Assembly: GCA_010909165.1 (NCBI GenBank)
Contig: MU008167.1
Coordinates: 1,364,001 to 1,428,000 of the forward strand
DNA: 64,000 nt
From: Anthoceros angustus
Lineage: Eukaryota; Plantae; Anthocerotophyta
Direction of reading: 5' to 3'
Under the pieces are notes generated by a model that had not been told where the DNA came from, made no database searches, and worked only from the letters and a program-made list of their open reading frames with translations. The position numbers and the translations under genes were made by a program. Below, piece after piece: positions 12,811 through 25,300 of this stretch. Each line of letters starts with the position of its first letter. The first letter of the stretch is position 1.

Positions 12811-13188
12811 GGCTTACTCTCGGCCTCTGGCCTACTCGGCGCCTTCGCGCGTGCCTCGGCCCCTCGCGCGCGGCAGCGTGAATATGCTATCGGCCTCGGC
12901 AGGTTCAGTCTGACCCTGCATGCCGTCCTCCACTCGAGTCGTCACGTGGCGTCGCCTGATCGTCCTTCGGCTCAACTTCTAAGTTACTTTCCTGGCGTAC
13001 TTATCACCTGGTCACAGAGTGGGTCGGACTTACCCGTCGCTGCGCCGTAGGTCATCGTTCCTCACTCGGTCGGTATACTCCGGTGCCGTCGAGTGCTAAC
13101 GCTTATTTCCTCCTTTTCGCCTCATTTTATCCTTCGCTCCACAAAAACAAACCCTACCTAATTTCTAACCCCGAAGTCCGTAGTCACA

Positions 13189-13200
13189 TACTCCCTTCTC
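13189..13200 (-). other. Polypurine tract (PPT)
   Basis: The minus strand reads GAGAAGGGAG-TA immediately before the TGTG start of the 3' LTR, about 25 bp after the end of integrase. Confidence 0.75.
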
Positions 13201-13221
13201 ACTGTTGGCGTCTCGCCAACA

Positions 13222-14300
13222 CTAAGCGTCAGTACTTTTCACCGCCATCCGTTCACCGAGTGGGCGGTTCACCATCCAAGCGGTGAGCGGACCCATTGGG
13301 GTATACCGTACGACTTGGTAAGGCCCCATCCATCGTAGGTGGAGTTTACAGGAAGTGCATATGTCGGCATCGTAAGGAGGCGGATCTCCCTCCTTCACAT
13401 ACTCCACGATTCTAAAGGCCTATCATGCCACTTGCGTTGATTACATGCCGATTGCATTATTGTTGCGCCTCTTCCGGTCCTCCGTATCTTGTACAAACTA
13501 GCAACCTCGTTGGCTCTCTTCATCCGTTAAGCGCCTTTCCATCATGACCGGAGTGTTGGCACCTCAAACTCGGGGCATAACGGGTGAGTGCCCATAGGTC
13601 GATAATACGGAGTTCGTTGCGTGGTTACCTTCTGCCGTTACGAGCGCCCATAGCGCCGATGGCGACTTTGTATCGATCGTGCGCATAGTTAACCGTCGGC
13701 TTATTGAGGATGCGGCGGATAAGTCCATTGGTCTTCTCCGTCGGTGGCCTTGGTGTAGGGGCGTTTCGATGTGTGATGCGAAATAGTCCGTCATTGCGTT
13801 ATCACATCATTGAGGAAATGGGTTCCCCCGCTTACCGGTACAGCGGACACCATACCTTGTGATGATGTTTTCGTGAGGAATTTGGCCACCGTGCTCGGTC
13901 CGTTAGTAGCGGCTTCAACCCACAGTGCGATGGTCGTTGCCACCAAGATGTACCGTGTGCACGGTGGTTGGGCATATGGTCCAGCAAGTCGATGCCCATT
14001 TCTCAAAAGGCGCTAGTGCTAGTATGGGCACTAACGGCCATTGAGTTGTGGCGTCGGCTTCCGATCCGGTGACAAGCATCACACTTCTTCACGGTGTGTT
14101 TCCCCATACATGGTGGGCCACGGTACCCGACCTCAAGATTTTCTTGGTGGTGACTGCTGTTGCATAATGTCCACCACCTAGTCCTTGTGCATCCCTTTAT
14201 TACCACCTCCGTTTCCTTTGTTGGAGGTACCTTCGTTCCACATCGGCTACCTTAAAGATGCAGTTATCTGAGGAAAGGCGGCGTAGTGCACAAAGGCTGG
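13222..14300 (-). pseudogene. Gypsy integrase
   Basis: Fragments: VKKCDACHRIG, YILVAT...WVEAA, GGTHFLNDVITQ, ALWA...TYGHSPVMP, and KLHLRWMGPYQVV (GPY motif). Confidence 0.88.
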
Positions 14301-14449
14301 ACCGGTTCGATTCGTTGGGTAGCTCCATCTCCCATAGGTACCGTTCCAACTCCGCGTAAGAGGGCCGCCCTGCGTCGCTCCCTTCTCCGTGGGTCCGTCA
14401 CCGACTTGGGTTTGTCTGTGCTCCTCTACCTCCTCCTCTATCGCGCCAC

Positions 14450-15900
14450 CAATTCCTCATCCGGAAGGCGTCCTCTTGATCCTGCGGGGGGCTCCGTCTT
14501 TAATCTGGATAAAGTCGGCGTTGGTGTTGCCGTCCTTGCCTAGTCTCCACCTCAAATGTGAACTCCTGTAGCAGAATCCACCTTTAATGGACAAGTCGCC
14601 TTGTTCACCAAATGCTTGGTAGTGATCAACATAGAACACAAACTCATTGGGCGGTAGTACGAATTTCTTAGCGTATACCATTCCCAATGCCTCTCGCTCC
14701 GTAGTAGTGTACCTCCGTTCGCGTCGTGGTATCTTCCAGTAGATTGGGTGATCCCTCCGTTTATCATCTTTTGGTGAGCACTACCCGATGGCGGTGACAC
14801 ATCCACGTACACATGGAATCGCTTCCCCGGTCCGGTCCTTTGAGTCTGGGGCCGACAGTGGTGCAGGTCTCGAATGCCGCCTCCCTTTACGGCGTCGGTC
14901 CATTCCTCCTCCTTCTGAGTAGCTCCTTGGCACAGGCCCGCTTTGCAAAATCTTGTATGAAACGCCTATAGTAACCACCATGCCCGGGGAATCCCGTAAC
15001 TCCTTCAAGTTCGTTGGTGGGCTGCGAGGTGGATGACTTTCACCTTGTCTTGGTCCACCTCTATCCCTCTTACACTCGGTGCCCCAACAAGATTCCCTCT
15101 GTCATGCAGTAGCATTCTCGGGATGCGCAGTTGAGTCTCCTACATCGTTCCAAACACTTCCAAATGTCACGTGTTTGTCCTCCTCTCGTGCACACAGTCG
15201 TCCAAGAACACCTCCATGAAGTCCCTCGGGAATTCCGGAAGACATTGGTCACCATCCGCATAAATGATCCGGGTGCTCTGTCATCCGAAGGCACTCCGTT
15301 TGTAGGCAAGCGTCCCCACTCCGTGGTGAATGTTGTCTTATCGGTCAGGCTCCCTTAGGTTATGGGTTGTGGCCGGAGTAGCCGTCAAGAAGGAGTAGGT
15401 ACTCGGCACCACCTTGTCGATATGTCGTCCACAAAGGGCATGGGAAATGGTCCTTTTCGTGGCGGCGTTAAGCTTTCTCCGATCTGGGACCGAATCGCCC
15501 TGCTTGCTTCCGACCACAATGGGCGCCACCACTCCTTGTTCACGATTGGGAAGATGATGTCGCTTCCGGATACTTATCCGGGACTTCCTTGACCTTGGCG
15601 AGTGCTTGGGATTGATTTATCTTGCCTAATCCGAACAGGCACCGCTCCTGGCTTCAGATCTATCCGGTGTTAGCCTTTGTTTGAATGCCTTTCATATCCG
15701 TGACCTTGAAAGCAAACACCCCGCTGAATTCCCCCAACAACTGTGTGAGGTCTCGTTTTAACCCCTCGGCATGCCCTTGCGAATTTGAGGAATTTCCTGG
15801 CGAACCTCCACGTCTTCCACATCGTCGGGTTGAGTCTCCCTTTCTCTTCGCCGCTCGTCCAAAAGTCGTCCTCCATCAGGGTTCATCTTCACGCATTCCC
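14450..15900 (-). pseudogene. Reverse transcriptase and RNase H (copy 1)
   Basis: Fragments: VAPIVV...RKLNAATK, APGSFMRMVTNVFR, KCLERC...CYCMTEGILLGHRV, and EALGMVYAKKF...PNEFVFYVDH. Confidence 0.88.
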
Positions 15901-16044
15901 CACTCCGAAGAGCTCGTCAGTGAAGCAGGTTACTTCTACTTCCCCGTCCTCTCTGGACCCTCCTCTTGATTGCCTTCCCGGCTCTTGTTCCGAGTCCACC
16001 CTAAAACAATCGATGACCTCCTCGTCCACCTCGCAATCGTCAGG

Positions 16045-17480
16045 ACAAATGCCTTGTTCACCAAATGCTTGGCCAGTGATCAACATAGAACACAAACTCA
16101 TTGGGCGGAAGGTAGTCTGAATTTCTTAGCATATACCAATGCCTCTCGCTCCGTAGTAGTGTACCTCCGTTCGCGTCGTGGCTGTCTTCCGCGTAGTAGA
16201 TTGGGTGATCCCTCCGTTTATCATCTTTTGGTGAGCACTACCCGATGGCGGTGACACATCCACGTACACATGGAATCGCTTCCCCGGTCCGGTCCTTTGA
16301 GTCTTGGGGCAGCGGAGTGGTGCAGGTCTCTGAATCGCCTCCCTTTACGGCGTCGGTCCATTCCTCCTCCTTCTGAGTAGCTCAGTTAGCACAGGCCCGC
16401 TTTGCAAAATCTTGTATGAAAACGCCTATAGTAACCTACCATGCCCGAATCCCGTAACTCCTTCAAGTTCGTTGGTGGGCTGCGGGGGGGATGACTTTCA
16501 CCTTGTCTTGGTCCACCTCTATCCCTCTTACACTCGGTGCCCCAACAAGATTCCTCTGTCATGCAGTAGCATTTCTCGGGATGCGAGCACGTTGAGTCTC
16601 CTCTACATCGTTCCAAACACTTCCAAATGTCACGTGTTTGTCCTCCTCTCGTGCACAGTCGTCCAAGAACACCTCCATGAAGTCCCTCGAATTCCGGAAG
16701 ACATTGGTCACCATCCGCATAAATGATCCGGGTGCTCACATCGAAGGCACTCCGTTTGTAGGCAAGCGTCCCCACTCCGTGGTGAATGTTGTCTTATCGG
16801 TCAGACTCCCTTAGGTGTATGGGTTGTGGCCGGAGTAGCCGTCAAGAAGGAGTAGGTACTCGGCACGCCACCTTGTCGATGTCGTCCACAAAGGGCATGG
16901 GAAATGGTCCTTTTCGTGGCGGCGTTAAGCTTTCTCCGATCTGGGAGACCCGAATCGCCCTTGCGCACGACCACAATGGGCGCCACCCACTCCTTATTTA
17001 CGATTGGGAAGATGTCGCTTCCGGATACTTATCCGGGACTTCCTTGACCTTGGCGAGTGCTTGGGATTGATTTATCTTGCCTAATCCGAGCAGGCACCGC
17101 TCACGGCTTCAGATCTATCCGGTGTTAGCCTTGTTTGAATGCCTTTCATATCGTGACCTTGAAACCTTGAATTCCCCAACAAGCGTGTGAGGTCTCGTTT
17201 AACTCGGCATGCCCTTGCGAATTTGAGGAATTTCCACAGGCGAACCTCCACGTCTTCCACATCGTCGGGTTGAGTCTCCCTTTCTCTTCGCCGCTCGTCA
17301 AAGCCATCGTCCTCCATCCGGGTTCATCTTCACGCATTCCCCACTCCAGAGCTCGTCAAGTGAAGCAGGTTACTTCTCGTTCTACTTCCCGTCTCTGCTG
17401 GACCCTCCTCTTGATTGCCTTCCCGGCTCTTGTTCGCCGCGAGTCCACCCTAAAACAATCGATGACCTCCTCGTCCACCT
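16045..17480 (-). pseudogene. Tandem duplicate of the RT/RNase H segment (about 1.45 kb; copy of about 14590-16035)
   Basis: Near-identical to the preceding block; the same RT and RNase H motifs recur. Confidence 0.85.
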
Positions 17481-17719
17481 CGCTCCAAAGGCGTCCCTCA
17501 TTAATCCATCTCCTCCTCGACCACGTGATTTTGGGAAAGGGTAGTCCTCATTCGTATCCTCGCGTTCATCGTCCCCTTGTCTTGGCGGAGGTGTACCCCT
17601 ACGTGGTCTTGTGGTTTCTCACAGTGTGTCCTTACTCCAGTGTCGCTACCGTCCTTCCCTCACCTTGGATCCCGGTCCACGGCTTGAAGTGTATCTCCTT
17701 CCGTCGTAGTGTAGTTTTG

Positions 17720-19606
17720 TCGGCGAGGGTAAGGCCGCTAGCGGGACCTCATAGTCCGGCGGGTGATGCGACAAAATCTAATGTATAGGGGCTCGCTATG
17801 GTGGCTTGGACTCGGACAACTCCCTGGCGCTCGCGCGACATGTCGCCATCCACGAGGGTTTTGGTGGATGGCTCGAAGGTGGTGAACCCGGCCGTCTTGC
17901 GGTGGCCTCGGTGATGAGGTTCACTCGACCCGTGTCTAGAGGCACGTTTTAATTACACACCCGCAATTTCCACTGCTGGCGCGAGTCGTATGAGATCGAC
18001 CCTTACCTCCACGTTCTTGCCCTTAGGACCAAGGGTTCCGCGTGGTTGCGTTTCCTGATGGCCTTCCGGACTTCACAGCCGATGCCGGGTTGTCCTTTAA
18101 CAAGCGCCTAAGGGACACCAAGTGTTGTTGGTCCATCATCAAGTCGGCCACCTTGAAAGGGCGGGTGGTTCTCTGCGTCACGCGTTCGCCTTGTCTCCTC
18201 CGGCGTTTGGCTCTTGCGTGGTGGCGGACTAGGTCTGTCGGAGTTCTTCTTGAAGCATCTCGGTCACTTCCGGACCATCCGGTGGAAGCTGCGGCGTTGC
18301 CGTGGGTGAGTCGCTTCTCGGAGACTCCGGTGGCTTTTGGGGGTTCTTCTCTGGCGGGCTGCCGGTTTAACTCGTCCTCTTTGGCGGGTTCGGCTTCCCA
18401 GGTGTTCCGTCCTCCGTATCCGTGGGACTATCCCATTTTCTTCCTCTTACTGTCTCCGTTCCTTCGCTCCTTTCGGCGACTCGGGTTGACACTTCCGGTA
18501 CCTCAGTCCGCCTTCTTCTCCTTAGCGAACTTGCTTACCACCTCGTTCGAGCTCCTCGGTGCCTCCTCCCCTCCGTTGTCGTCTTCAATTTGTACAGTAG
18601 CCTTAGGGAGGGCGTGGTGGTCTTGGCTCCCAGTAGGGTTGCGTGGCGTCGTCCTCGGCGAGGCCCGGCCAAGCTAGCAGGACCTCCGAGTCGGCGGGTC
18701 CATGACGACAAAATCTAATGTATAGGGGCTCCGCTATGGTGGCTTGGACTCGGACAACTCCCTGCTGGCGCTCGCGCGACATGTCCGCCATCCACGAGGG
18801 TTTTGGTGGATGGCTCGAAGGTGGTGAACCCGGCCGTCTTGCGGTGGCCTCGGTGATGAGGTTCACTCGACCCGTGTCTAGAGGCACGTTTTAATTACAC
18901 ACCCGCAATTTCCACTCACTGCTGGCGCCCGAGTCGTGAGATCGACCCTTACCACGTTCTTGCCCTTAGGACCAAGTTCCGCGTGGTTGCGTTTCACGAT
19001 GGCCTTCCGGACTTCAGCCGATACTTGGTTGTCCTTTAACAAGCGCCTAAGGGACACCAAGTGTTGTTGGTCCATCATCAAGTCGGCCACCTTGAAAGGG
19101 CGGGTGGTTCTCTGCGTCACGCGTTCGCCTTGTCTCCTCCGGCGTTTGGTCTTGTGGTGGCGGACTACAGGTCTGTCGGAGTTCTTCTTGAAGCATCTCG
19201 GTCACTTCGAACCACATCCGGTGGAAGCTACGTTGCCGTGGGTGAGTCGCTTCTCGGAGACTCCGGTGGCTTTTGGGGGTTTCTTCTCTGGCGGGCTGCC
19301 GGTTTAACTTCGTCCTCTTTGGCGGGTTCGGCTTCCTTGGGTGTTCCGTCCTCCGTATCCGTGGGACTATCCCATTTTCTTCCTCTTACTGTCTCCGTTC
19401 CTTCGCTCCTTTCGGCGACTCGGGTTGACACTTCCGGTACCTCGGGTCCGCCTTCTTCTCCTTAGCGAACTTGCCCGTACCACCTCGTTCGAGCTCCTCG
19501 GTGCCTCCCACTCCGCCCATTGTCGTCTTCAATTTGTACAGTAGCCTTAGGGAGGGCGTGGTGGTCTTGGCTCCCAGTAGGGTTGCGTGGCGTCGTCCTC
19601 GGCGAG
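17720..19606 (-). pseudogene. Aspartic protease and gag-pol linker, present as two tandem copies of about 940 bp
   Basis: CL.DTGRVNLITEATARR (D-T-G active site) occurs at about 18890 and again at about 17940. The units are 17720-18654 and 18655-19606. Confidence 0.82.
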
Positions 19607-19609
19607 GAT

Positions 19610-21146
19610 TCGGACACAGTCTTGCGCATGTGCCCACCTTACAATCTCCACAGGTTCAAAGTCTCCCGTTACCTTATGCGGTGGGGTATGGGCAGGCGTT
19701 GGAGTAGTGTCGGGGTTCCCAGTTCCAAGACCACCGCCACGAGAATTCTGGAGGGCTCCCATGCGGTCTTTGCAGTCGATGGCAGACGGACCAGCTGTGG
19801 GGTACATCGTCTGGGATACGTGGTCGGTTGTGCTTCTTGCACTTGGTATCATCCTCCATTCCTCGGACTCTTCCCGTAGTCGTACTCCACAGTTCCACGG
19901 ACCACGCCGCCGAGAATTCTGGAGGGGCTCCCATGCGGTCTTGCATCGGAGGTCGATGGCAGACGGACCAGCTGTACATCGTCTGGGATACCGGTCGGTT
20001 GTGCTTCTTGCTTGGTATCGTCCTCCTTGTTCCTCGGACTCTTCCCGTAGTCGTACTCCACGGTTCCGGGTGCGGAGGCGGTTGGCCTTGAATGCCCATG
20101 TTGGTGACACACCGCAGATGAGTCGGACCGTGGTGGCCGCCGCGTTCTTTATCCTTCACGGTTGATCGTCAACTCCTCCACCCTCTTCATTACCGTTCTA
20201 GATCTTCCCTCGCTACTTCCTTCAAAAGGGTCGGCGGGACCTCTCGTCAGGCGGGCATCATGACCTCCTTCTTTTCCACCCTCCGTCGACTCGGGCTTCT
20301 TCTTCTTTATTTTGAGGTTCTTCTTCTTCCATGACCTCCTCGGATTCTTCTTGAGTCCTCTTCCTCTTCCTCCGTGTGCCTCGGTCTCATCCTCCTCTCG
20401 TCAGGGTTCTTCATCTTGATCCGACCCCGTTTCTTCTTCTTCTTTCCTCCTGGAGGAGTCCTCGGCCGTCGTTGGTGCATCGATTCTTCATAGTTCTCCG
20501 CCCGGACCTTGCTCACATCTTTCTGCCAGCGGCACGTGCTTAGCCATTGGCTTGGATAAGCCAGTGCGAACCAACGTCTGCTTTGCATGGTAGTGTGGTG
20601 GGGTGCGGTCCGGGCGGAGAGCGTTCGATGTCTGATCCCAACTTCTCCGTCTTTCCTCTTGGTTCTCGAGTTTGGACAAGACATAGCCTTCTTGATCGAT
20701 TCGCGGAATCTTTCTAAAGGCATCCTTCAATCTTGAAGGTTGCGAGTGCGTTACGGGCGGTCGGTATTTCCTCCGATACCAGCGGCGTGAGGACCCCTTG
20801 GAGCAGTGAATGAGCATGCGAACCTTCTCCGTTGAAGTTTGCGACACAAAATCCTCCACGAAGGTTTGACGTCTCTCCTTCTTACCTCCAAAGAGAATCG
20901 CTTGCTTGGTCGGCGTTGTTGCCGTCGCGGTGAGGGATGAGGAACCTCCCCCTGCGACTTGGTCTGCGTCCTCCTCTCGATCCGACAACTCCACCACACT
21001 TACCTATTGGCTGGTGTCCTCGCCTCGAGCTCGTCGTCTCTCACGTGCTGCGCTCGGGCGCTCGGCGATCTGGCGTCCGACTCTCTCGGTAATTCTTCCT
21101 TAACTACCTCCGTCCTCCACGCATCCGCAGCTCTGAGCGATTTCAT
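19610..21146 (-). pseudogene. Gag of the main element
   Basis: ATG at 21146 (MKSLRAADAWRTEVVKEELPRE...), then LFGGKKE...FVEDF...WY...LKDAF. A zinc knuckle TCGDCK.GHMRK.C lies at about 19655-19615. Confidence 0.7.
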
Positions 21147-22293
21147 TCCCGACAGCGCCAAAATGTGGCGCGACTTTCGTGATAGTAGGCGCGCAATCCG
21201 TGTCGTTGTAGGAAGAAGTCCGTTCCCAAAGGAATGATAGGCTCCGTTTGCGTTTGGTGATTCCTCACTGCGCTCGGGCGCTCGGCGATCTGGCGTCCAA
21301 ACTCTCTCGGTAATTCTTCCTTAACTACCTCCGTCCTCCACGCATCCACGCTTCTGAGCGATTTCATTCCCGACAGCGCGCCAAAATGTGGCGCGACTTT
21401 CGTGATAGCCGGTAGCGCGCACAATCCGTGTCGTTGTAGGAAGAAGTCCGTTCCCAAAGGAATGATAGGCTCCGTTTACGCGTTTGGTGATTCCTCACTT
21501 GCGCTCGTTCGGCCTCAACACACACATACTCCTAACTACTCGCGTTCACCGTCTGCGGGCCGGTATGGCCAAGCGTTTAAGGACCGTTCGCGTCCGTATC
21601 GTTCACATCCGTCCCTCACATCGGTCCTTTCCTCTCTCCCTCACGCTACACTCCTCGGTCTTAGAAAAGGCGGGTTTACGGTCCGGACCTCCTCGTCGTT
21701 CGGCCTCTCCGTCCGGGCTCTGCCGCCCTCCGGAGTTCCTCGGCTCACGTTCCGTTGATTCGGTCTTTGGGCGCTCGGGGACGAGTCGGTCACCCTTCTG
21801 CACACACCACAACCGTTAGGTCCGTCACGGGACCGATCAATCTCCCGGGATCGTGCACCTTTCGGTGACTCGGGACTCACGTTAGCAGAAGACACACAAA
21901 GGTGCAGAGCGGCATCAACACCAAGAAAGATGATTTATTGGCGGCCGCCCTCTTATACTCGCCGAAGGTCGCCTTTATTACACCTCTATTACGGTGAGGC
22001 CCATTTCGGTACCTAACCGGCCGCCTACTACCCTGCCTATTCCTATCTCCTTGGTCGGCGTTGTTGCCATCGCGATTGGTAAGGGATGAGGAACCCACCA
22101 CCGCTGACTTGTCTGCGTCCTCCTCTCGATCCGACAACTCCACCACACACTTACTGTTGGTGTCCTCGCCTCGAGCTCGTCGTCTCTCACGTTACTGCGC
22201 TCGGGCGCTCGGCGATCTGGCGTCCAAACTCTCTCGGTAATTCTTCCTTAACTACCTCCGTCCTCCACGCATCCACGCTTCTGAGCGATTTCA

Positions 22294-22310
22294 TTCCCGA
22301 CAGCGCGCCA
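22294..22310 (-). other. Primer binding site (TGGCGCGCTGTCGGGAA); duplicated copies at about 21145-21160 and 21367-21383
   Basis: A TGG-starting tract lies 3 nt (TTT) after the LTR end ...GCGCCACA. It is not the Met-initiator PBS, and the tRNA was not assigned. Confidence 0.7.
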
Positions 22311-22313
22311 AAA

Positions 22314-25300
22314 TGTGGCGCGACTTTCGTGATAGCCGGTAGCGCGCACAATCCGTGTCGTTGTAGGAAGAAGTCCGTTCCCAAAGGAATGATAGGCTCC
22401 GTTTGCGTTTGGTGATTCCTCACTTGCGCTCGTTCGGCCTCAACACACACATACTCCTAACTACTCGCGTTCACCGTCTGCGGGCCGGTATGGCCAAGCG
22501 TTTAAGGACCGTTCGCGTCCGTATCGTTCACATCCGTCCCTCACATCGGTCCTTTCCTCTCTCCCTCACGCTACACTCCTCGGTCTTAGAAAAGGCGGGT
22601 TTACGGTCCGGACCTCCTCGTCGTTCGGCCTCTCCGTCCGGGCTCTGCCGCCCTCCGGAGTTCCTCGGCTCACGTTCCGTTGATTCGGTCTTTGGGCGCT
22701 CGGGGACGAGTCGGTCACCCTTCTGCACACACCACAACCGTTAGGTCCGTCACGGGACCGATCAATCTCCCGGGATCGTGCACCTTTCGGTGACTCGGGA
22801 CTCACGTTAGCAGAAGACACACAAAGGTGCAGAGCGGCATCAACACCAAGAAAGATGATTTATTGGCGGCCGCCCTCTTATACTCGCCGAAGGTCGCCTT
22901 TATTACACCTCTATTACGGTGAGGCCCATTTCGGTACCTAACCGGCCGCCTACTACCCTGCCTATTCCTATCTCCTTGGTCGGTGGTGGGTGGATAGCCT
23001 CATTCCTTCTTGGCGGCGGCCCAAAACCACAGCCGGTGCACGCGCAATCGGATGATCCGCGGGCCCTTCCTCTTCAGTGCAGCCGTTGCGCCACCGTGGC
23101 GGCACGACAGCGATCACCACCAAGTCTTCCTCGTCCTCCCTCTTCTCTCTGGCGGGCCCCTCGATGGGCCCTCAAGGTTGGATCTGCTGGGGTTGGTGGT
23201 GGTGGCTCTCCCCACTCCCGAGTTTGGACCTCGGGACCTGTCTCGACTCGGTCCGGACCTCTAGGTCGGTCTTCCCTCTCAGGTCTCTGGCCGGCCTTCT
23301 TTTGGAGTCGGTCCTCGGGGCCGGTGCCTCTGGGTCCGGTCTTGGACCCAACCCTTCCCAGGTCGGACCTCGGGGCGGACTCGTCACTGGTGGATCCCTC
23401 AGACTTCCTTGAGGCGGACCTCGGGTCCGGCCTTTCCTCAGTCGGGACAAAGTCAGGACCTCGACTCTGGGCATGCCTCCTCGGGCTAGCCACGGGTTCA
23501 TCCCTGAGCCCTCCCTTGGTTCCCGAATGCCCGGTTGCACCCAGATCCTCCCTCGTCCTTCCATGCGAGGGTCTGGGGGCTTACCTCGGTGTGGCGCCCC
23601 TTCCTCCTCCGGTTCCTCCTCTCTCCCGCTGCTGCTGCCGTCGTCAAGCAGGCTCCTAGGACTCCAGCGGTTGTCGTCCCGGGTCCGTCCTCCCTCGCTC
23701 CTCCTTGATCCCCAGAGTCCACCCTCCTGCCTGGGGTGGCGCGGGACCTCCAGGCCTTGAGGGCTCTGCGTGGTAGTCAGTGAATCGACTTCTTTGAATC
23801 GCCTCCTCCACATGAGCCGGGCACGGTACTCCCTCCTCCAGGTGCTCCGTGGCGGATCGCCTCCTCCTTCTTGGCGTCTCGTGGCCAAGCTTACGTGCGG
23901 GCGGACTCCCTTGAGGCCGTCAGGCTGCCTCAGTTACCTCTTGCAACCTTGCTGCGTTCTCCTCCTCCGTCGTTGTTGCTCACGCCCGGTTTGCGGGCCA
24001 TGGTGAGCTCCTCCCTTCTTCCTGCCGGACGAGCATGTACCTTTCCTCAGTGCCTTCTCCCTTCTTCTATTCTTTCCGGAGGTCCTCCACTTCCTTCTCC
24101 AGCGGGCGGTATCCCGTCAGGCTCACGGCTTCCGCCATCCTGCGCAACTTGCGGCGAACTCCTTGCCGCCCTTTGTTCTCCTCCGTCTTCAAGCGGGCTG
24201 GGCGTTCCACCTCTCGCTCGAAGTCTTGGATTCTCTGTTGAGAACCCCTGCTTTTCCGTCGTCTTGGGTTGCAACTCCAAAATGTCCTTGTTGTCCTCCG
24301 GCTCCGCGCCTTCTACCTCCTGCTTTTGAGGTCCCCAATCTCCCGGGTCTGGCCTCCAGCCCTCCTCACGGCTCGTGCTTGCTCATGCTTGCTCGGCCTT
24401 GATTGGCGCGGCTCTCGGCCGCCTCCCTCCACCGGTTCCGATCACGCCGATAGTGATCGCGATCGGCCTTCGCCGTGGCCTCCGCCTCCTTGGCCACCTT
24501 CACCTGAGCCTCTCCAGCTTGGCTCTGGTCCAGTCGGGCTGCCTCCGCCAGATCCCGCGCCCGTTCTGCTTGCGCCCGGGCGTCCTCTGCTTCCTGCTGC
24601 GCTACGCCCCTCTGCCTGCAGAGGTCCTCCGCCCGCGCTTGGGCCTCCTTGGCCTGCTTCAGCTGTTCCTCCAGCTGAAGGAATTTAGTCCGGTCCTTGC
24701 GGATGGACCAACCTCCCTCTCCGCCTCCGGCGTTTTCCTTCCTCAATCTGCCGAGCTTGGCCTTCCTTCTCGCCTCTGGGCTCCCTCCAGCTGCTCACGG
24801 AGGAGCACCATGCGCCTCGGGTGGCTTCCACCTCACAGGCCTTCTCGGCCATCCAGACCCAGGCATACCGTCCATGGCGGTAGCAGGACCCGCCGTGTTT
24901 CCTCCACGGCTGCTGATGAGGCTCCCACAAAGTCCGTGGCGGGGCGGCATCTCACAGTCCGTCAGGACCTCCATACCGATCGGAGCAAGTCGGGGGTTCT
25001 CGGACAATCGGGACCCTTAGGTCACGAGTCTTGGCTCGAGCTTCCCCTCCTTGGCCCTTTTGGCGCGAGCTCCTTCTCCAGGCGGGGTATCCCGTCAGGC
25101 TCACGCCATCCTGCTGCAACCTTGCGGCGTCGAACTCCTTGCCTTTGTTCTCCTCCGTCTTCAAGCGGGCTGGGCGTTCACCTCTCGCTCGAAGTCTTGG
25201 ATTCTCGTTGAGAACCCCTTGCTCCGTGCATCTTGGGTTGCAACTCCAAGGTGTCCTTGTTGTCCTCCACTTCCTTCTCGCCCTTCTACCTCCTGCGGTG

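Larger units (their letters stand above)
8729..13188 (-). repeat. 3' LTR, about 4.46 kb
   Basis: Starts TGTGACTACGGAC at 13188, directly after a polypurine tract, and ends ...GGCCACA at 8729. It is collinear with 22314-28647, whose similarity stops exactly at this TG boundary. Confidence 0.8.

Noticed and set aside
9600-13050. Numerous + strand ORFs in the LTRs (also 22900-28700 and 39100-41700)
   Set aside because: These are Pro/Ser/Leu-rich shadow frames of GC-rich DNA. The synonymous pattern supports the minus-strand frame.
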